In this document: piece by piece, positions 61,980-64,000 of the stretch
Numbering within the stretch: the first letter of the stretch is position 1
How the letters are laid out: each line of letters opens with the position of its first letter
Notes under the pieces: generated by a model
Database searches by the model: none
What the model saw: only the letters and a program-made list of their open reading frames with translations
Told to the model about the DNA's origin: nothing
NCBI GenBank assembly: GCA_031266915.1
Contig: JAISAB010000002.1
Coordinates: 76,738-140,737, forward strand
DNA from: Rickettsiales bacterium
GTDB lineage: Bacteria; Pseudomonadota; Alphaproteobacteria; Rs-D84
DNA: 64,000 nt
Direction: 5' to 3'
Position numbers and translations under genes: made by a program

Positions 61980-63320
61980 TTACTCTTTGCTTAACGCCAT
62001 TTTGATCAGCTGTTTCGATTCAACCAGAAATTCCATCGGCAGGCGGCTGATTATCGGCGACGCCATGCCGGCGATAATTAGCGCGGTCGCCTCGTCCTCT
62101 TCCATTCCGGACTGCCGCAGATACAGCAGGGACGCCGCGTCGATTGCGCCGGTCGTCGCCTCGTGGCTTTGTTCGTTTTCGCCGTTGGCGTGGACAATTG
62201 TCGGCAATGTGTTCGCGACGCATTTGTCCCCGATTAGCCGGCTGTCGCATTTGCAGGCGTTTTTGCCGCCGGTGCCCGCAAAGCTGACCAGGCTGCGATA
62301 AGTCTGCGTCGATTCCTCCAATGCGACGCCGTATGATACGATATTGGATTTGGTGTCATTTCCGATATGGAGCATTTTGGTGCCGGTGTCGGCCTGCTGC
62401 CGGCCGCGCGTGATGGTCAATGAATAAAAGTCGCTGGCGGCGCCGTTGCCCTTTAAAATCGTCGACGGATATTTCCAGGTCATGGCGCTGCCGATTTCGA
62501 CCTGGGTCCAGTCCAGCCGGGCGTCGGCGTGGCAGATTCCGCGCTTGGTCACAAAATTCAATATCCCGCCGACCCCATCAGAATCGCCGGTGTACCAGTT
62601 CTGAACGGTCGCGTATTTGACGACCGCATCGTCCATCGCGATTACTTCGACCACGCCGCTGTGCAGCTGGTGATTGGGACGGCGCGGTGCGCTGCAACCC
62701 TCGAGATACGAAAGCTGGGCGCCAGAGTCAGCGACAATCAGCGTGCGTTCGAACTGGCCGATTTTTGCCGTTTCGATTCTGAAATAGCTGGCCAAATCAA
62801 TCGGGCATTTCGTGTCTCGTGGAACGTAGACAAATGTGCCGTCGGAAAACACGGCCGCGTTCAGCGCGGCGAAGAAATTGTCGGCCGCCGGCACGACCGA
62901 GCCCAGATATTTCCTGACCAGGTCGGGATGTTTTTCAACCGCCTCGGAAAACGGCAGAAAGATGATGCCAAGACGTTCCAGCTGGGCGGTGTAGGACGTG
63001 TGGACGCTGCGGCTGTCGACGACGGTGTCGGTCGCCATGCCAAGCAGGGCGCGCTGTTCGCTTTCCGGCAGACCCATTTTGTCATAGGCGGCCTTTAAAT
63101 CGGAATTGTCAATCGGCGCCGGTTCCTTGTAATAATCCAGCGCGTCGTAATCAATCGGGTCGTATTCGATTTCTGCCCAGTGGGGCTCTTTCATTTTTCG
63201 CCAGGCGTCGAAAGCATCCAGCCGCCATTGCAGCAGCCAATCCGGCTCGTTCCGGCGGTGCGATATTTCCAAAATTGTGTCTCTGTTCAACATGGATGCA
63301 ATTATAGCTGAAAAAATCAT
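61980..63320 (-). CDS. sufB: Fe-S cluster assembly protein SufB
   Basis: The conserved SufB core is present (DTGTKMLHIGNDTKSNIVSYG; SDFYSLTITRGRQQ; LYLRQSGMEEDEA). Confidence 0.88.
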   Translation of the reverse strand: MIFSAIIASMLNRDTILEISHRRNEPDWLLQWRLDAFDAWRKMKEPHWAEIEYDPIDYDALDYYKEPAPIDNSDLKAAYDKMGLPESEQRALLGMATDTVVDSRSVHTSYTAQLERLGIIFLPFSEAVEKHPDLVRKYLGSVVPAADNFFAALNAAVFSDGTFVYVPRDTKCPIDLASYFRIETAKIGQFERTLIVADSGAQLSYLEGCSAPRRPNHQLHSGVVEVIAMDDAVVKYATVQNWYTGDSDGVGGILNFVTKRGICHADARLDWTQVEIGSAMTWKYPSTILKGNGAASDFYSLTITRGRQQADTGTKMLHIGNDTKSNIVSYGVALEESTQTYRSLVSFAGTGGKNACKCDSRLIGDKCVANTLPTIVHANGENEQSHEATTGAIDAASLLYLRQSGMEEDEATALIIAGMASPIISRLPMEFLVESKQLIKMALSKE

Positions 63321-63475
63321 AAACGCAAATTAGCTGGCAATTAACAGAGCACAGATAACGGTTAATGGATGATGTATGAGGGATAATTTGAGTATTAAAG
63401 CTGAATAAATCTTAAATCATAAATCTTCAATCTTAAATAAAAGAAACTGCGTGTTAAGCATAATAGCTCTTTTTC

Positions 63476-64000
63476 TTATTCCCCGGCCGCCAATTGCTTG
63501 GCCTGGGCGAAAAAGGTCAGCGACTGGCCCAGCAGTCCGTCTGTGAACGTCGCGGACAGAATTCCGTTCGGCTCGGTCGCGGTCAGGTGGCTTAAAAATC
63601 CGTCGGCGCGGTTCAGATAATTGTCGACGCTGCGCGCGACTTCGCCGTCCAGCTTGATGGCGCGGCGCATTTTTTCCAGCGCGAATGGATTTTTCGCGTA
63701 CTCGTCCATAATTCCGCCCAGCGCGCGCCACAGGGGATGCTCGGCCGTGGCGCGCGGCATGATGTCGATGGCCGCCATGATAGGAATCAGATTCTGCAGC
63801 AGGTCCTGGTAAATCATCTCGGCGTTTTCGGTGACGACGTTCGTCGCGTATTTGCTTTTCAGCACGGACTGCATCTTAACAATCAGGGCATACTGGTGGG
63901 ACAGGGTTTGCGCGATGGTTTTTATCTTGGCATTTATACCGAACGCGGCGACGCCGACGGCAATCAGGCCGCAAATAATCACTATTATGGAAATTAGGAT
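63476..64000 (-). CDS. hypothetical protein, partial (continues beyond window end)
   Basis: The ORF is open to the window edge and has no family assignment. Confidence 0.3.
   Translation of the reverse strand: MLISIIVIICGLIAVGVAAFGINAKIKTIAQTLSHQYALIVKMQSVLKSKYATNVVTENAEMIYQDLLQNLIPIMAAIDIMPRATAEHPLWRALGGIMDEYAKNPFALEKMRRAIKLDGEVARSVDNYLNRADGFLSHLTATEPNGILSATFTDGLLGQSLTFFAQAKQLAAGE

Overview
This 64-kb window is a chromosomal segment from a GC-rich alphaproteobacterium with AT-rich intergenic DNA. The alphaproteobacterial assignment rests on a MucR/Ros regulator and the overall housekeeping gene set. Two features suggest association with a eukaryotic host: many cysteine-rich secreted proteins with eukaryote-like motifs, and palindromic elements inserted in frame into conserved genes (the style of Rickettsia palindromic elements, RPEs).

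The backbone is conserved housekeeping genes:
- Translation, tRNA/rRNA processing and DNA/nucleotide metabolism: gltX, thrS, gatCAB, ybeY, trmB, miaB, rnd, ruvX, rarA, recJ, dut and an alkyltransferase-like gene (atl).
- Envelope and export: lnt, ftsL-like/ftsI, nlpD, lolA, tatA and tatBC.
- Fe-S assembly and redox: sufS-sufT-sufE, sufB-sufC, trxA, dksA.
- Others: a tRNA-Lys and a tRNA-Phe.

Accessory content is interleaved with these genes:
- Two autotransporter-like outer-membrane proteins.
- At least five cysteine-rich secreted proteins, two of them with Ephrin-receptor/VSP-like CxxC...GxY repeats.
- Several AT-rich islets: one at tRNA-Lys flanked by ~100-bp direct repeats; one carrying an M55 peptidase and a GNAT gene; one carrying a P-loop NTPase and a membrane protein; and an HTH transposase-like remnant.
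- A MITE-like palindromic element family with at least four copies.
- Several small hairpin repeat families.

The strongest candidate for something undescribed is a pair of homologous ~255-nt structured 5' leaders (36441-36698 and 43325-43580). Each has a sigma70-like promoter, a conserved 5' segment, mutually exclusive antiterminator and terminator helices, and a U-tract immediately before the start codon of a secreted-protein gene. They look like a riboswitch or attenuator class that matches no riboswitch I recognise.

Other points worth follow-up:
- ybeY and lnt form a single ORF, bridged by a palindromic element, with a second element inside lnt; similar in-frame elements sit in thrS, gatB and probably rarA.
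- A GH24 lysozyme-like/TPR protein lies downstream of mucR.
- The gltX/GNAT junction is duplicated, with two novel genes inserted.
- sufB-sufC is followed by a polytopic membrane protein where sufD would be expected.
- A putative NB-ARC-like P-loop plus membrane-effector pair lies on an AT-rich islet.
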